From Chloropicon primus (Eukaryota), in the NCBI GenBank assembly GCA_023205875.1, contig CP060759.1:744001-808000 (forward strand): DNA of 64,000 nucleotides, in the 5' to 3' direction. Positions within the stretch are counted from its first letter, which is position 1, and the number at the start of each line of letters is the position of its first letter. Under the pieces are notes generated by a model that was not told the DNA's origin, did not search any database, and worked only from the letters and a program-made list of their open reading frames with translations. Shown here one piece after another: positions 10,767 through 21,003 of this stretch. The translations under genes and the position numbers were made by a program.

Positions 10767-10984
10767 AGGTCGCCTCTTCAGGGTCTCGGAAGCAAAAGTC
10801 CAAAGTCCCCGTCTCAGAGGCACGTCGCGATGAACGGGCAGCCAAGAAAGATCAAGCTCAACTCCACTTGAACGACAAGGAGGAGGCCGCGACGCTAAGC
10901 GCGCATAAAAAATATGAAAACTATGATGTTTGTGATTCAACCACACGACGACGGCCATTCTTTTCTTCCCGTCGATCGATCGAT
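10767..10984 (+). repeat. Direct repeat copy 2 (duplicated CDC14 3' fragment)
   Basis: Matches 8927-9142; still encodes RSPLQGLGSKSPKSPSQRHVAMNGQPRKIKLNST*. Confidence 0.95.
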
Positions 10985-11228
10985 GATCCCCCTCCTCTTG
11001 GGAAGGCCGTCGCCGTCGTCGCTCCTCTTCCCCTTCGCTCTTTCTTTCGCGCCCTTTCCAAGATCGTCATCTTGGTTTGCTCGAGTGACAGACGAGGGTC
11101 GAGGCGCGCGCGGCCTTCCTTCCTTCCCTTGGCGCGGTCGCACCCCTTCGCGAGTGGTGGTATGGGACAACGCTAGGAGCGGGGCCGGACGACCAAGTGA
11201 AGCGAAAGGGTTGTTTAGAAACAGACAG

Positions 11229-11234
<6 letters not shown>

Positions 11235-11286
<52 letters not shown>
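11235..11286 (+). repeat. (AG)n microsatellite directly before the delta-tubulin ATG
   Basis: About 26 AG units ending at ATG 11287. Confidence 0.95.
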
Positions 11287-11292
<6 letters not shown>

Positions 11293-12654
11293 TCGAGCGT
11301 GGTTTCCCTTCAGGTTGGCCAATGTGGCATCCAGCTGGGGACGTCCCTGCTTGAGACGATAGCAGGGGAGGAGATGAACTTGGGTTCGGAGGGGGGGCTG
11401 TCCGACACGTTCTTTCGTCAGCAGAGGCTCGTGGCGAGCGACTCTTACAGCATCAAAGGGGTGATACAAAAGACTCACCCCAGGAGCGTCTTGGTGGACA
11501 TGGAGCCCAAGGTGATCGCCTCGACGGTCAGGAGCAGCGGGAACGAGTCTCCTCTCTTCACGTTCGATCCGAGGAGCTGCTTCGCGAAGCAGAGCGGGTC
11601 CGGGAACAACTGGGCTCGGGGGTACTTCGAGTACGGCAGCCAGTACGGCGACGACATCTTGGACAAGGTGCGCAGGGAAGTCGAGAAGTGCGACATGTTT
11701 CGGGGTTTTCTCGTCATGCAGAGCTTAGCGGGGGGGACGGGTTCTGGTTTGGGGGCCAGGCTCGCTCAGCTGCTCAAAGACGACTTTCAGTCCAGTTTCT
11801 TGCTCAACCACTGCGTTTGGCCCTACGAGAGCGGGGAAGTCATTGTCCAGAACTACAACACCCTGTTGACGCTTTCCCACCTGCACGACTGCTCCGATGG
11901 CATCATCGTCACGGAGAACGAGACCCTCCTCCAGACATGCAAGCGCAGGCTCGATATCGCGAGGCCGACCTTCGACGACTTGAACAAGGTCGCAGCCAAG
12001 GGCCTCGCGAGTGTCCTCTTGCCTGCGGAAAGGCAGTCCGTGGATCCTTACGACTTTGGCGGGGGAGGGGGGGGAGTGGAGCAGAACCTTCTGGGTGATC
12101 TCGTGGAGCACCTTTGCTCCCACCCCGCCTTCAAGATGCTGACTCTCAAGTCCGCGCCCCAGGTCCAGACGAAGGCCTTGGACTTCACCGAGTTCAAGTG
12201 GACCACCATCCTGAAGTGGCTCCGGCAGATGCTGATTGTGAGCTCGTCCCTGGACGAGACCCTGGATTGGGGGGTAAAGATCGACTCTGGAAGCAGCATC
12301 AACAGGGTGCACTGCAAGAGCATGGGGAACTTTCTGGTGTTGAGGGGGAGGGGGGCGGTCGATGCCGACGTCACCACATTCGCCGACAAGGCCCTGTACC
12401 CGAGCTGGGCAAGCGACCCTCTGCGAGTGATGTGCAGCAAGGAGTCCTTCCTGAAGCACGAGATGTTTGCTACAGTGGTGAGCAACAGCCAAGCGTCGAT
12501 CGTTCCCATGAGAAAGGTTCTGGACAAGGCTTACAACATGTTCGACGAGAAGGCTTACGTGCACCACTACGAGAGGTGCGGGCTCAGCCACAAGGACATG
12601 GAGTACGCCTTTGCGAATATCGAAGACATCATTGCAAAGTACGAGAGCTTGTGA
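11287..12654 (+). CDS. TUBD1: Delta-tubulin
   Basis: QVGQCG, VLVDMEPKVI, SGSGNNWARGY, SLAGGTGSGLG, EVIVQNYNTLLTLSHL, KAYVHHY; lacks the acidic tail of alpha/beta tubulins. Confidence 0.92.
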
Positions 12655-12687
12655 TAATACAAAAAAAATTCTTTGTTCTCCCGGGTT

Positions 12688-13004
12688 TCAACGCTCGCTT
12701 AAAGCAGCGTTTTCGGTTCCCCTCGACTTCTCCCCGATCCTTCTGAACTTGCTGTTGGGAGGCAGAGGGAGCTCCTTGCAGTACAAGTAGCGCTTCTCTA
12801 GGACGTAATACCAAGGGTCCACTCCCTTTTGACTGTAACCCAAGCCCTTGTACAGGCTCTGCGCTCCATCGCTAACCACGCCCACGTGAAGCCAAGTCGA
12901 GTCGCAGTTCCACCGTTTCGCCAGCTTCTCGCACTCGCGAAGCATGCTCGTGGCCAACCCCTTCCTTCGATAGTCCTCCCGCACGACCCTAGCACGAGAG
13001 CGAA

Positions 13005-13037
<33 letters not shown>

Positions 13038-13685
13038 CAGAAGTCCGTTCGGCGCCAAAGGGAGGGAGGGGCGAACCGGCCCTTCCCCTTGCACTCACAT
13101 ATTCCCAATGTAGAAGCGCTGGACCCCCCTCGTTGGAAACGGAGGAGGCAGCTTCGCATCGGGCACAGTCATGCTCACGGTAACGCTCGCCACGATCTCG
13201 CCGTCGTCATTCTCCGCCAGGAGGCAGCAAAACATGCGCTGGGCGTCCTTGGTGGCGATGAGCCTCCTCAGGTTCCGGGCGGCGGGGGTGGAAGCGAATC
13301 CACCCACCAATTGGGTCGCCGTCCTCTTCTCCGCGGTCTCGTACCGGAGCTTCAGAGTCTGAGACTCGCGGGTCGCCAGCTGCTTCTGAGCCAGCGACTT
13401 GGCGAGCTGCTTGGTGAGCTCCTTGGTGATCTGATCGCTGTACCAGTCCTCGAGCAACGACAGCCAGGCGTCCAAGTAAGGGGCCTGCTTGCGAAACAAA
13501 TCCGTTTGCTCCCTGGCGAAAACTTCGGCACAAAGGCGGGACACTGGTCCGCAATCTCTCACTTTCGCCGTGCGAACCCGGAGGGGCTTGGCCCCTTGCC
13601 CGGTCGCCCCATTCACCTGCGCGCAGCACCTCTGCACCCCCTGCCTCCCCGCCCGGCACTTGTGCTGCCGCTGCAGGCCCATCAT
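12688..13685 (-). CDS. GNAT N-acetyltransferase, probably plastid-targeted; exons 13685-13099 and 12988-12688
   Basis: Intron 13098-12989 (GTGAG...TAG) joins YIGNM|VVREDYRRKGLA (acetyl-CoA motif A); LHV...AQSLYKGLGY. Confidence 0.85.
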
Positions 13686-13892
13686 GCTGGCTTTTGTGTG
13701 GCCAAGAGGAGATCCAAGCCTCTTTTTGGATAGGGGCCTCCTCCTTCAATCAGGAATTGAAACGGCCAAACGTAAGCGGAGGGGAGCAAGCCGATGGAGA
13801 AGAACGCACGGATTGGGATGGATGAAAAGTTTATACTTATATACACACGCAATGTATTTAGGTGCGGTCGGTCCAGGCAAACGCCACTCTGC

Positions 13893-15527
13893 TCACTTGC
13901 GCTTGACGAGGCGGGCAGCGAAAGCGCCATCGATCTTGTGCTGGTGGGGGAAAGTTTGAAGGAAGCCGTCCTTCTTGACATCCAAGGTTCCGGGCATCTC
14001 CTCGACCTCGAACTCTGGGTTTTCCCTCAGGAAGGCCATGATCCTTCCGGAGTTCTCCTCCTCCTCGATGGAGCAAGTGGAGTAGCAGAGGATCCCGCCC
14101 ACTTTGACGTGGTTCTTCGCGTGGTTGAGCAGCCTCGATTGGATCTCGGTGAGCTCCTGGAGGTCCTCCGCCTCCCTCCTCCACCTCAGGTCGGCCCTCT
14201 TCGCGAGGACCCCAGTCCCGGAGCAAGGGGCATCGACGAGCACCTTGTCGAAGAGAACGCCTTCGTTCTCCGCGGACCAAGCCTCGAAGGCCACCGAGTG
14301 GGTCTCCGTCACGAGACTGTCGGGGAACCTCCTGATCCCATTCTCCAGCGCCCTCATTCGGTTCCTGCTCGCGTCGAGCGCCACGAGCTTGCCCTCGTAG
14401 TTCATGCGCGCGGCGGCGTAGTAGAACTTTCCCCCCGGAGCGGCGCAGACGTCCAGCACCTCCTCCCCGGCCTTTGGATCCATGAGGTCGACCACGAGTC
14501 CGGCGCTGATGTCCTGCACTGAGCACAGCCGGTCCTGCATGAGGCCCGCCGAGAAGACCTTCTGCAGGCCCTTTTCGATCACGATGAAGTCCTCCAGGTA
14601 GCTCGTCTCGGAGAACTCGACCCCCGCCGCCTCCGCCTTTCTTTTCATTTCTTCCGTGTCAAGGCCGTGGCAAGGGTTCGTCCTCAGGCAGTACCTCGGC
14701 CGCGCGTTGTTGTACTCCAGAAGGTCCAGGCAGTCCTCCAGGCCGAATCGCGTGAGCCACCTGTCGATGAGCCAGTTGGGGTGCGAGTGCCTGTTGCCGA
14801 GAACCTCCACCAACTCCGCCCTTTCCATAGCGAGGAAATCCTCCGTGCTGTACTCTTCCTCCACGTACATGGTCACCTTCCTGAGCAGGCTGTTGATCAG
14901 CCCCGCAGCCTTCCTGGCGTTGCCTATCCCCTTGGCCAGGTTCACGTACTCGTTCACGACGTAAGCGGGCTTCTGCGCGAAATAAAGCTCGTACGCGCCC
15001 ATGCGGAGAATCTGCCTGACCCTGGAGTCAAAGGGCTTCGGGAGCTTCCCCCTCCTCCCGTCCTTGGACGCGCCGCGGCGGTGATAGTCGCCGTTCAGGC
15101 CGTCGATGATGTGATCCAGCTTCCGCTTCCACCTCAGTATCTCGCTCACCAGCCTCGTCACGTCCCTCCTGTCCTGGGCGGATAAGGTGTCTGTGGGACG
15201 AGACTCGGACGACGGCGCCCCGGTCGCCAGAGCCGCGTACGCCCCCTTGTCCTCCACTCGCAGCAGCTGCGCCAGCACGAGGGACCTCACCGTCTGCTCC
15301 GGCTTCTGCTGCCTCTCGCCCCGCACGCCCCGCACCGAGACTAGGCTCCCCGGCTTTTCCGCCTGCAGGGCCGACAAGGGGACCAGTTGTTTCCTCGTCG
15401 CCCTGTTGAAGAACGCCGCGCTCGGAAGCTTCCTCTCGACCGGCCACTTCCGTCCACCCTCACCGGACTGCCTCCACGTCTGCAAACCCAAGTCCTTCCT
15501 CTTGTGCGCGTGCGCGAACGCAGACAT
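13893..15527 (-). CDS. RsmB/Sun rRNA m5C methyltransferase with NusB-like N-domain (organellar)
   Basis: ILRMGAYEL, HSHPNWL, VQDISA, LDVCAAPGGK, LVDAPCSGTG, YSTCS, DGAFAARL; transit-peptide-like N-terminus. Confidence 0.92.
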   Translation of the reverse strand: MSAFAHAHKRKDLGLQTWRQSGEGGRKWPVERKLPSAAFFNRATRKQLVPLSALQAEKPGSLVSVRGVRGERQQKPEQTVRSLVLAQLLRVEDKGAYAALATGAPSSESRPTDTLSAQDRRDVTRLVSEILRWKRKLDHIIDGLNGDYHRRGASKDGRRGKLPKPFDSRVRQILRMGAYELYFAQKPAYVVNEYVNLAKGIGNARKAAGLINSLLRKVTMYVEEEYSTEDFLAMERAELVEVLGNRHSHPNWLIDRWLTRFGLEDCLDLLEYNNARPRYCLRTNPCHGLDTEEMKRKAEAAGVEFSETSYLEDFIVIEKGLQKVFSAGLMQDRLCSVQDISAGLVVDLMDPKAGEEVLDVCAAPGGKFYYAAARMNYEGKLVALDASRNRMRALENGIRRFPDSLVTETHSVAFEAWSAENEGVLFDKVLVDAPCSGTGVLAKRADLRWRREAEDLQELTEIQSRLLNHAKNHVKVGGILCYSTCSIEEEENSGRIMAFLRENPEFEVEEMPGTLDVKKDGFLQTFPHQHKIDGAFAARLVKRK

Positions 15528-16026
15528 GTCCAACCGGATGTTTCGATGCCCTGCCCACCCAAGCTCTACAACAAAACCAATGGCTACCAAGCCCGCTTCC
15601 GACCGAACCGAGGCCAATGCGGTGTCCAAAGAAAGCTTTCGAGATGTCTCTTCGCGTCCCAGTCCTTTCGACACCTCTCTCGCACACCCTCGTCTTCAAA
15701 GTCACAAACAAACACACACACAAACACACCGGCCGCTTCGGGGCGCCGCTCTCTCTAATCTTGTTCTTGTGGCAGAAAAAGGGGGAAGAGAAGAGAAGGG
15801 GGACTCGGGAGGCCACGAGTGCGGTAGAGGGGGTTAAGGGTGGACGTCGACGCACCTGCAGGCGGGAGGATCAGATCACCGCCTCCGCTTTTGTTTCCTC
15901 GGTGGTCGAAGGAGCGCTTTGGAATTTCGAGAGAGGGAGAGAGAGAGAGGAGCGGGAGGATGGACAACAGAGAGTAGCCGGTGTGGTGTGGTGGCGCTCC
16001 CGACGACGACGACGACGACGACGACG

Positions 16027-17463
16027 ATGGACGACAAGAACAAGAGGGAGGAGGGAGGCGAGGAGGAGAAGCGTGGTAGCGCGTGGGACTACCCTCGTCT
16101 GCTGATAGAGAACCGGAATTACTTGGCCATCTTCTGCGCCTCGGTGTTCCAGCAGCTTGGGAACTGGGCGAACCTGATCGCCTCGATGAAGATCGTGGAA
16201 GAGGTTGGCGTGCAGACGGGGTTCAATGCGGGTCTGATCTTCTTCCTGAGGCAGATTCCCTACGTGCTGCTCTTCCCGATTGCGGGTGCTTGCGCCGACA
16301 AGTTCGACAGGAAAACGGTGATGATCGTGAGCAATGGACTGTCGTGCCTGGTCGCTGGCAGCTTTGTGTTTCTGACGATGATGGGCGACAACAAGCTGGG
16401 GATGCTGTGCGTGCTCATTTTCCTGAAGAACTCCGCGTCCTCCTTTTACAGCCCGTGCAAACGGGCGGCGGTGCCCATGGTGGTCTCGAGGCAGCAGCTT
16501 CACATCGCCATGACAATGGACGGAATCGCGTGGAGCAGCATGCTAGCCGTCGGGGCGGCTCTGGGGGGGCTGATGACATCCCAGCTGGGGCTGGTGAACT
16601 GCTTCCTGCTGGATTCTCTGGGGTTCGTCCTTTCCATCACCTGCTTGCTGTTCCTGCCGAGGCTGAAGCAGGACCAGGGCAACACGGGGCAGGTGGCTGG
16701 CTCCGGCGAGGACGAGCCTCCGGAGATGAAGAGGGTGGACTCAAAGACGCTGAAGGCAGAATCGTCGTCAGGTGGGGCGAAGGGCGGCTTCATCAAGGAC
16801 ACGCTCGCCCTTTTCGGTCCGAGCCACCGCGTCAGTCTCTTGTACTGCACGATGAAGGCCACGGGAGGGCTGATTTGGGGGCCGGCAGACGTCTTGAACT
16901 TGAAGTGGTCGGAAATCGCCAAGATTCAGATCAACGGAGACCAGCCGCTGACGCTCGGGTTTGCGTACGCGTTCGTCGGGGTGGGATGCTTCGTGGGGCC
17001 TCCCTTGTCGAACGTTTTCTTCGGCAAGGAGGAGGCTGGTTTGATCAGGGCGATCCTCTTCGGAATCGGCTGCTTGACTTCGGGGTATGCCTGCTGGAGC
17101 TTCGCCTTCGCCAACTTCACCATCGTCATGCTCGGGAACCTGCTTCGGTCGGCGGCCAGCGCCGTCATTTGGATCAAGTCCACGCTGCTCATTCAGCTCT
17201 ACAGCGATGCGAGGTTCTTGGGGCGCTTGTTCGCTCTGGAGCTCGCGTTTTACACGATCGCAAACTCCCTCAGCATGTTCGCCGCCGGCCTCCTCCTGGA
17301 CAACGGTGTGTTGGACGTCCGAAAGATATCTGCCTCGCTCCTGCTTCTGTCCGTCGTGATGTTCGCGGTTTGGGTCCTTCTCGTCAGGAGGAAGAGAGGC
17401 GAAGAACGATCTCCCCGGGAAGACGTTGAGTACGAGATGGTCTCCACCACCGGCGACGAGTAG
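16027..17463 (+). CDS. MFS transporter
   Basis: About 12 TM helices; motif A GACADKFDRK; RFLGRLFALE. Confidence 0.88.
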   Translation: MDDKNKREEGGEEEKRGSAWDYPRLLIENRNYLAIFCASVFQQLGNWANLIASMKIVEEVGVQTGFNAGLIFFLRQIPYVLLFPIAGACADKFDRKTVMIVSNGLSCLVAGSFVFLTMMGDNKLGMLCVLIFLKNSASSFYSPCKRAAVPMVVSRQQLHIAMTMDGIAWSSMLAVGAALGGLMTSQLGLVNCFLLDSLGFVLSITCLLFLPRLKQDQGNTGQVAGSGEDEPPEMKRVDSKTLKAESSSGGAKGGFIKDTLALFGPSHRVSLLYCTMKATGGLIWGPADVLNLKWSEIAKIQINGDQPLTLGFAYAFVGVGCFVGPPLSNVFFGKEEAGLIRAILFGIGCLTSGYACWSFAFANFTIVMLGNLLRSAASAVIWIKSTLLIQLYSDARFLGRLFALELAFYTIANSLSMFAAGLLLDNGVLDVRKISASLLLLSVVMFAVWVLLVRRKRGEERSPREDVEYEMVSTTGDE

Positions 17464-17581
17464 ACGACTGGAACAACTCTGTACTTTTATGGCAACAAAA
17501 AAACTGTACTTGTAAGGGTTTGTCTTATATATATATATATATACATATGTGTGTGTCCGTTTGGTGTTGTGAACCAGGTCC

Positions 17582-18574
17582 TCAGTCCTCGGCCTGGTCC
17601 TCCTCGTCCTCCTTCTTCTCGGAGAGACTCCACAATGGATTCGAAGTCAGCGTCCCGCTGGAGTCTCTCAGAAGAGGGTTGGAGTTCTTGTCTCCCATCT
17701 CGGGATCAGCCATCTCGATCTCGCTGTCGTTGTCCTCGTCCCTCATCGCCGCGTCCTTGTTCAAGAACAGCTTCACAGAAGTCGCGAGCACGACCACGAC
17801 GCAAGCAATGCCGTACGAGAGCGCCGTGTTATTCGTGGAGTCTTCGGTCTTCTTGCCCTCCACCTTGTCGATGGTCGGAAAGAGGCCGGTGAGGACGGCA
17901 AAGGCAAAGTAGTTTGCGGTAGAAAAGTGGAAGACGAAGTCCCTTACGAGCCTCTTCGGGAAGAGCGTTACCAGCAGCGTGCTTGTGATGGCGACCACCC
18001 CGCACACAAAGTACGGAAGGTTGTAGGTCGGCGGGTCCCCTATTTCCATTCCAAGGTACGGCCAGTGCCCGTCGAGCCCACTCAGGAGCAAGACGAACAT
18101 CGGGGCGCCCAAGAAGACGTACAGTCCCTTAGTCAGCACCCTGGGCTTGTCGAAGTAGTAGCACGCCCAGCCCGTGAGCGAGGCCAAGGTCGACGCCGCG
18201 GAAAGCACGAGGTACAAGGTGGTGAAGCTGGGCGCCGGAAAGGCTTCGCAGAACTTGAGGGCAACGAGACTGTACACGGGGAAAGCCAGGGCGCCAAGGG
18301 TCAGGCCTATCTGCAGCTCCGTGCTCCTGGCGGACAGGATCAGGCAGACCAGAGCAATCAGGATGGCCACGACAGAGTAGCCCACGCGCATCCACTGCGC
18401 GTGGCTCACCGTCTCTTTCGGACCGAAGAGGACGGTGAACCAGTCGGAAAATACGAACATGCGTTTGTACGTCATGCCCTCGGGCATCGTCTGGGGCTCC
18501 GTGATATACCGGCACATGTAGTCCTCCTTGAGGGTGTCCTGCCAGTGCCTCCAGTTGCAGGCAACAATCTTCAT
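17582..18574 (-). CDS. Multi-pass membrane protein of unknown function
   Basis: 330-aa ORF with about 7 hydrophobic segments and an acidic C-tail; coding-like codon bias. Confidence 0.7.
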   Translation of the reverse strand: MKIVACNWRHWQDTLKEDYMCRYITEPQTMPEGMTYKRMFVFSDWFTVLFGPKETVSHAQWMRVGYSVVAILIALVCLILSARSTELQIGLTLGALAFPVYSLVALKFCEAFPAPSFTTLYLVLSAASTLASLTGWACYYFDKPRVLTKGLYVFLGAPMFVLLLSGLDGHWPYLGMEIGDPPTYNLPYFVCGVVAITSTLLVTLFPKRLVRDFVFHFSTANYFAFAVLTGLFPTIDKVEGKKTEDSTNNTALSYGIACVVVVLATSVKLFLNKDAAMRDEDNDSEIEMADPEMGDKNSNPLLRDSSGTLTSNPLWSLSEKKEDEEDQAED

Positions 18575-18793
18575 CTTTTCTCGAGTCTTTTTGCAAAATC
18601 AATCAAAATCAAGACAAATAACAAAACAACAAAGACACGAAACCAACGAAAAGGCGCGACCTTTGCGCACCGCGAAGCGTCTGGTGCCCAAGTCGCCGCC
18701 CCTCTCGTGCGTCTTGTTGACGGGACGGACGGCTTCCTCACCGAAACGTCACGAGCCAAGCTGTGCTGCTCCTCTGCTCCTCTGGCAAAATCC

Positions 18794-19140
18794 TTTTTTT
18801 TCCTTTTCTCCTCTCCAGCAAGCAAGGGAGGGGGAGGGGAGAGAGAGAGAGAGGGAGAGAGAGAGAGGGAGAGAGAGAGAGGGAGGGAGGGAGAGGGAGA
18901 GAGAGGGAGAGGTGAGAGGAGGGATCTTCCTTTTTTTTCCTTTTCTCCTCTCTCCAGCAAGCAGGGGGAAGGAGAGGGGGGAGGGGAGAGAGAGAGAGAG
19001 AGAGGGAGGGAGGGAGAGGGAGAGAGAGGGAGAGGTGAGAGGAGGGATCTTCCTTTTTTTTCCTTTTCTCCTCTCTCCAGCAGGGGAGACAGGGAAGGAG
19101 AGAAGAGGGATCCTTTCTTCCTTTTTTTGTCCTTGCTTCC
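18794..19140. repeat. Imperfect tandem repeat (~2.7 units of ~120-137 bp) of alternating pyrimidine and purine tracts
   Basis: Unit tttttttccttttctcctc(tc)tccagca...(GA-rich)...gagggatc recurs from about 18794, 18931 and 19054. Confidence 0.85.
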
Positions 19141-19570
19141 TTGAATATTCAATATGTTTCCTATAAACTTACTCTGGACAATTGTTGTATCGTACTCTTG
19201 ATAGGGGCGGACTCGCGACACCATGAGTTCCGAGTTCACGGTATGGGGCGCAGACCACGATGGTTTCCTTATCTAAAGACAAGACGGAGGGGAGAGAGAG
19301 AGTGTGTGTGCGTGTGTTGTCTTGTTCTTGTTCTCTTGTTGTCTTGTTGTCTTTGTGTCCCCTTTCCTTTTCCAACCATCCATCAATTGGCATCTTCATA
19401 ATCATCATAACGCATTTTCTTCTTCTCTTCTTCTCATGATTCGCGTTCCCCAAGGAGGAACGAGGGTAATGGGATTGTACGACGGAGAGGAGGACGTCGT
19501 CGTGTCGTGTTGCGAAAGTGCGGTACCTTGAGGAGTGCGGTACCTTGAGGAGGACAGAGGAGGGCCAAAG

Positions 19571-20944
19571 ATGGAGTCCCACGAGGCCAAGTTGTTAGGA
19601 ATTGTGCGAGAACTCATGGAAGCTGACTTGAAGTTCAACCCCAATGACAAGGAGGCTGTGCACAGGGTCGTGGAAGCCATCTTTAGGGCGAGGTCGAGGA
19701 ACGCAGAGGGAGGGGAGCAGAGGGAGGGGATTGGCCAAGGGTCGAAGCACGGGACGGCGACGGAGGACAAGGTGGCGAGCACACCGCCTCCGCCGGGGAA
19801 GACGAGGCTGAGGAACTTGATGCGGAGCGGTGGAGAGGGGAGGAAGTCGAAAGCGACGAGGCGGAGCAAGGGGGACAACGTATACGGCGTGAAACACGCG
19901 GACAGCGGTGTGAAGAAGGTCACGGGGAGGCCGAAGGCGGGGGAGGGGGACGAGAAGCTTGTGCGGAGGAAATTGCAGGAGAGCCCTCGCAAAAACGTGT
20001 CTGCGGCTCAAAGCAGCGGGGGCGAGGTGGGGGACGCGCTCGTCCAGAACCTCAACTTTCAGGCCGACAAGCTGAAGCAAGATAAAGGAGTCCTCAAGCA
20101 CATGGTGGAGCTTGCAAAGGCCCACAAGCCTCGGCAGCAGCAGCAGGACAAGATACCCACGCTGGTGTCCGAGAGGGAAAGGGCCAGGAAGAATCCCGGC
20201 AAGGAGGCAGCCACCTCCCTCCCCCTCCCCTTCGATCATCACCTGAGGAGGGAGAAGGCCCCCCAGAGGCCCCTGCTTCAGCCCAGGACTCAGGCAGCGG
20301 CGAACGCGGGTCTCGACCTGAGCGCCGTTTGGAAATTCATGCAAGACAGGCAGTCGGCAAACGAGGCCGCCGCAAAGGCGAGCCAGGGGAGGAGCCCCGC
20401 CGGGAATGCGAAAGGAGTCACCGTTCCCCCCGGAACGATGCTGCAAAACACTCTCATGGGTCGGGCAGCGGAAAGTGCGGCGGCGGCGGCGAGCGTGGCG
20501 TACTTGCCCCGATTCCAGAACCAGAGCCTGAAAATGAAGACGCCAAAGGAGCAGAGGATGATTGACCACTTGAACAACATGCTCAACAACAGGAAGAGGA
20601 AACCTGATTACGGGCAGAACAACATTTTCCGGGACTCCCTGAGCGCCGCCCCTTCTGTGCTGAACACTGACTTGAACACCGGGCTGTCGCAGCATCAGCA
20701 GCTGAGGGCCGTGCTGCACCAGAGCCTTGGAAGCATGGAAGCTCCGAACATCCCTGTCCGGGGACAACACCACACGGCAGCCTCGGCGTATGGGACGCAG
20801 GGCCTTGCGATTCCTCAGCAAAGTGTGTACCAGCACCTCCCGGGAACTCAACACGTGGTGCAGGTGCAGCAGCCCATGAACATCAAAAACATAATCGAGT
20901 CTGCCATCAGGAATCAGAGGCAGCAGGGCAAGCACAGGAAATAA
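19571..20944 (+). CDS. Hypothetical low-complexity, Gln-rich protein with a basic NLS-like motif (RKRK)
   Basis: Long ORF followed by TGTAA near 20970; no recognisable domain. Confidence 0.7.
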   Translation: MESHEAKLLGIVRELMEADLKFNPNDKEAVHRVVEAIFRARSRNAEGGEQREGIGQGSKHGTATEDKVASTPPPPGKTRLRNLMRSGGEGRKSKATRRSKGDNVYGVKHADSGVKKVTGRPKAGEGDEKLVRRKLQESPRKNVSAAQSSGGEVGDALVQNLNFQADKLKQDKGVLKHMVELAKAHKPRQQQQDKIPTLVSERERARKNPGKEAATSLPLPFDHHLRREKAPQRPLLQPRTQAAANAGLDLSAVWKFMQDRQSANEAAAKASQGRSPAGNAKGVTVPPGTMLQNTLMGRAAESAAAAASVAYLPRFQNQSLKMKTPKEQRMIDHLNNMLNNRKRKPDYGQNNIFRDSLSAAPSVLNTDLNTGLSQHQQLRAVLHQSLGSMEAPNIPVRGQHHTAASAYGTQGLAIPQQSVYQHLPGTQHVVQVQQPMNIKNIIESAIRNQRQQGKHRK

Positions 20945-21003
20945 TGTGCTTGAGATAGACAACAACAACTGTAATCCTATTGGCACAATATAATTACACC
21001 AAG

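Noticed and set aside
8927..10984. LTR retrotransposon interpretation of the direct repeats
   Set aside because: The repeats are host CDC14 sequence, with no TG...CA ends, primer-binding site or gag/pol inside.
17927..19239. ORFs with ERER/SLSL runs
   Set aside because: Translations of the GA-rich tandem repeat and of antisense coding sequence.
19517..19550. Perfect 17-bp tandem duplication agtgcggtaccttgagg
   Set aside because: Removing one copy does not restore a longer ATG-initiated ORF; probably neutral slippage.
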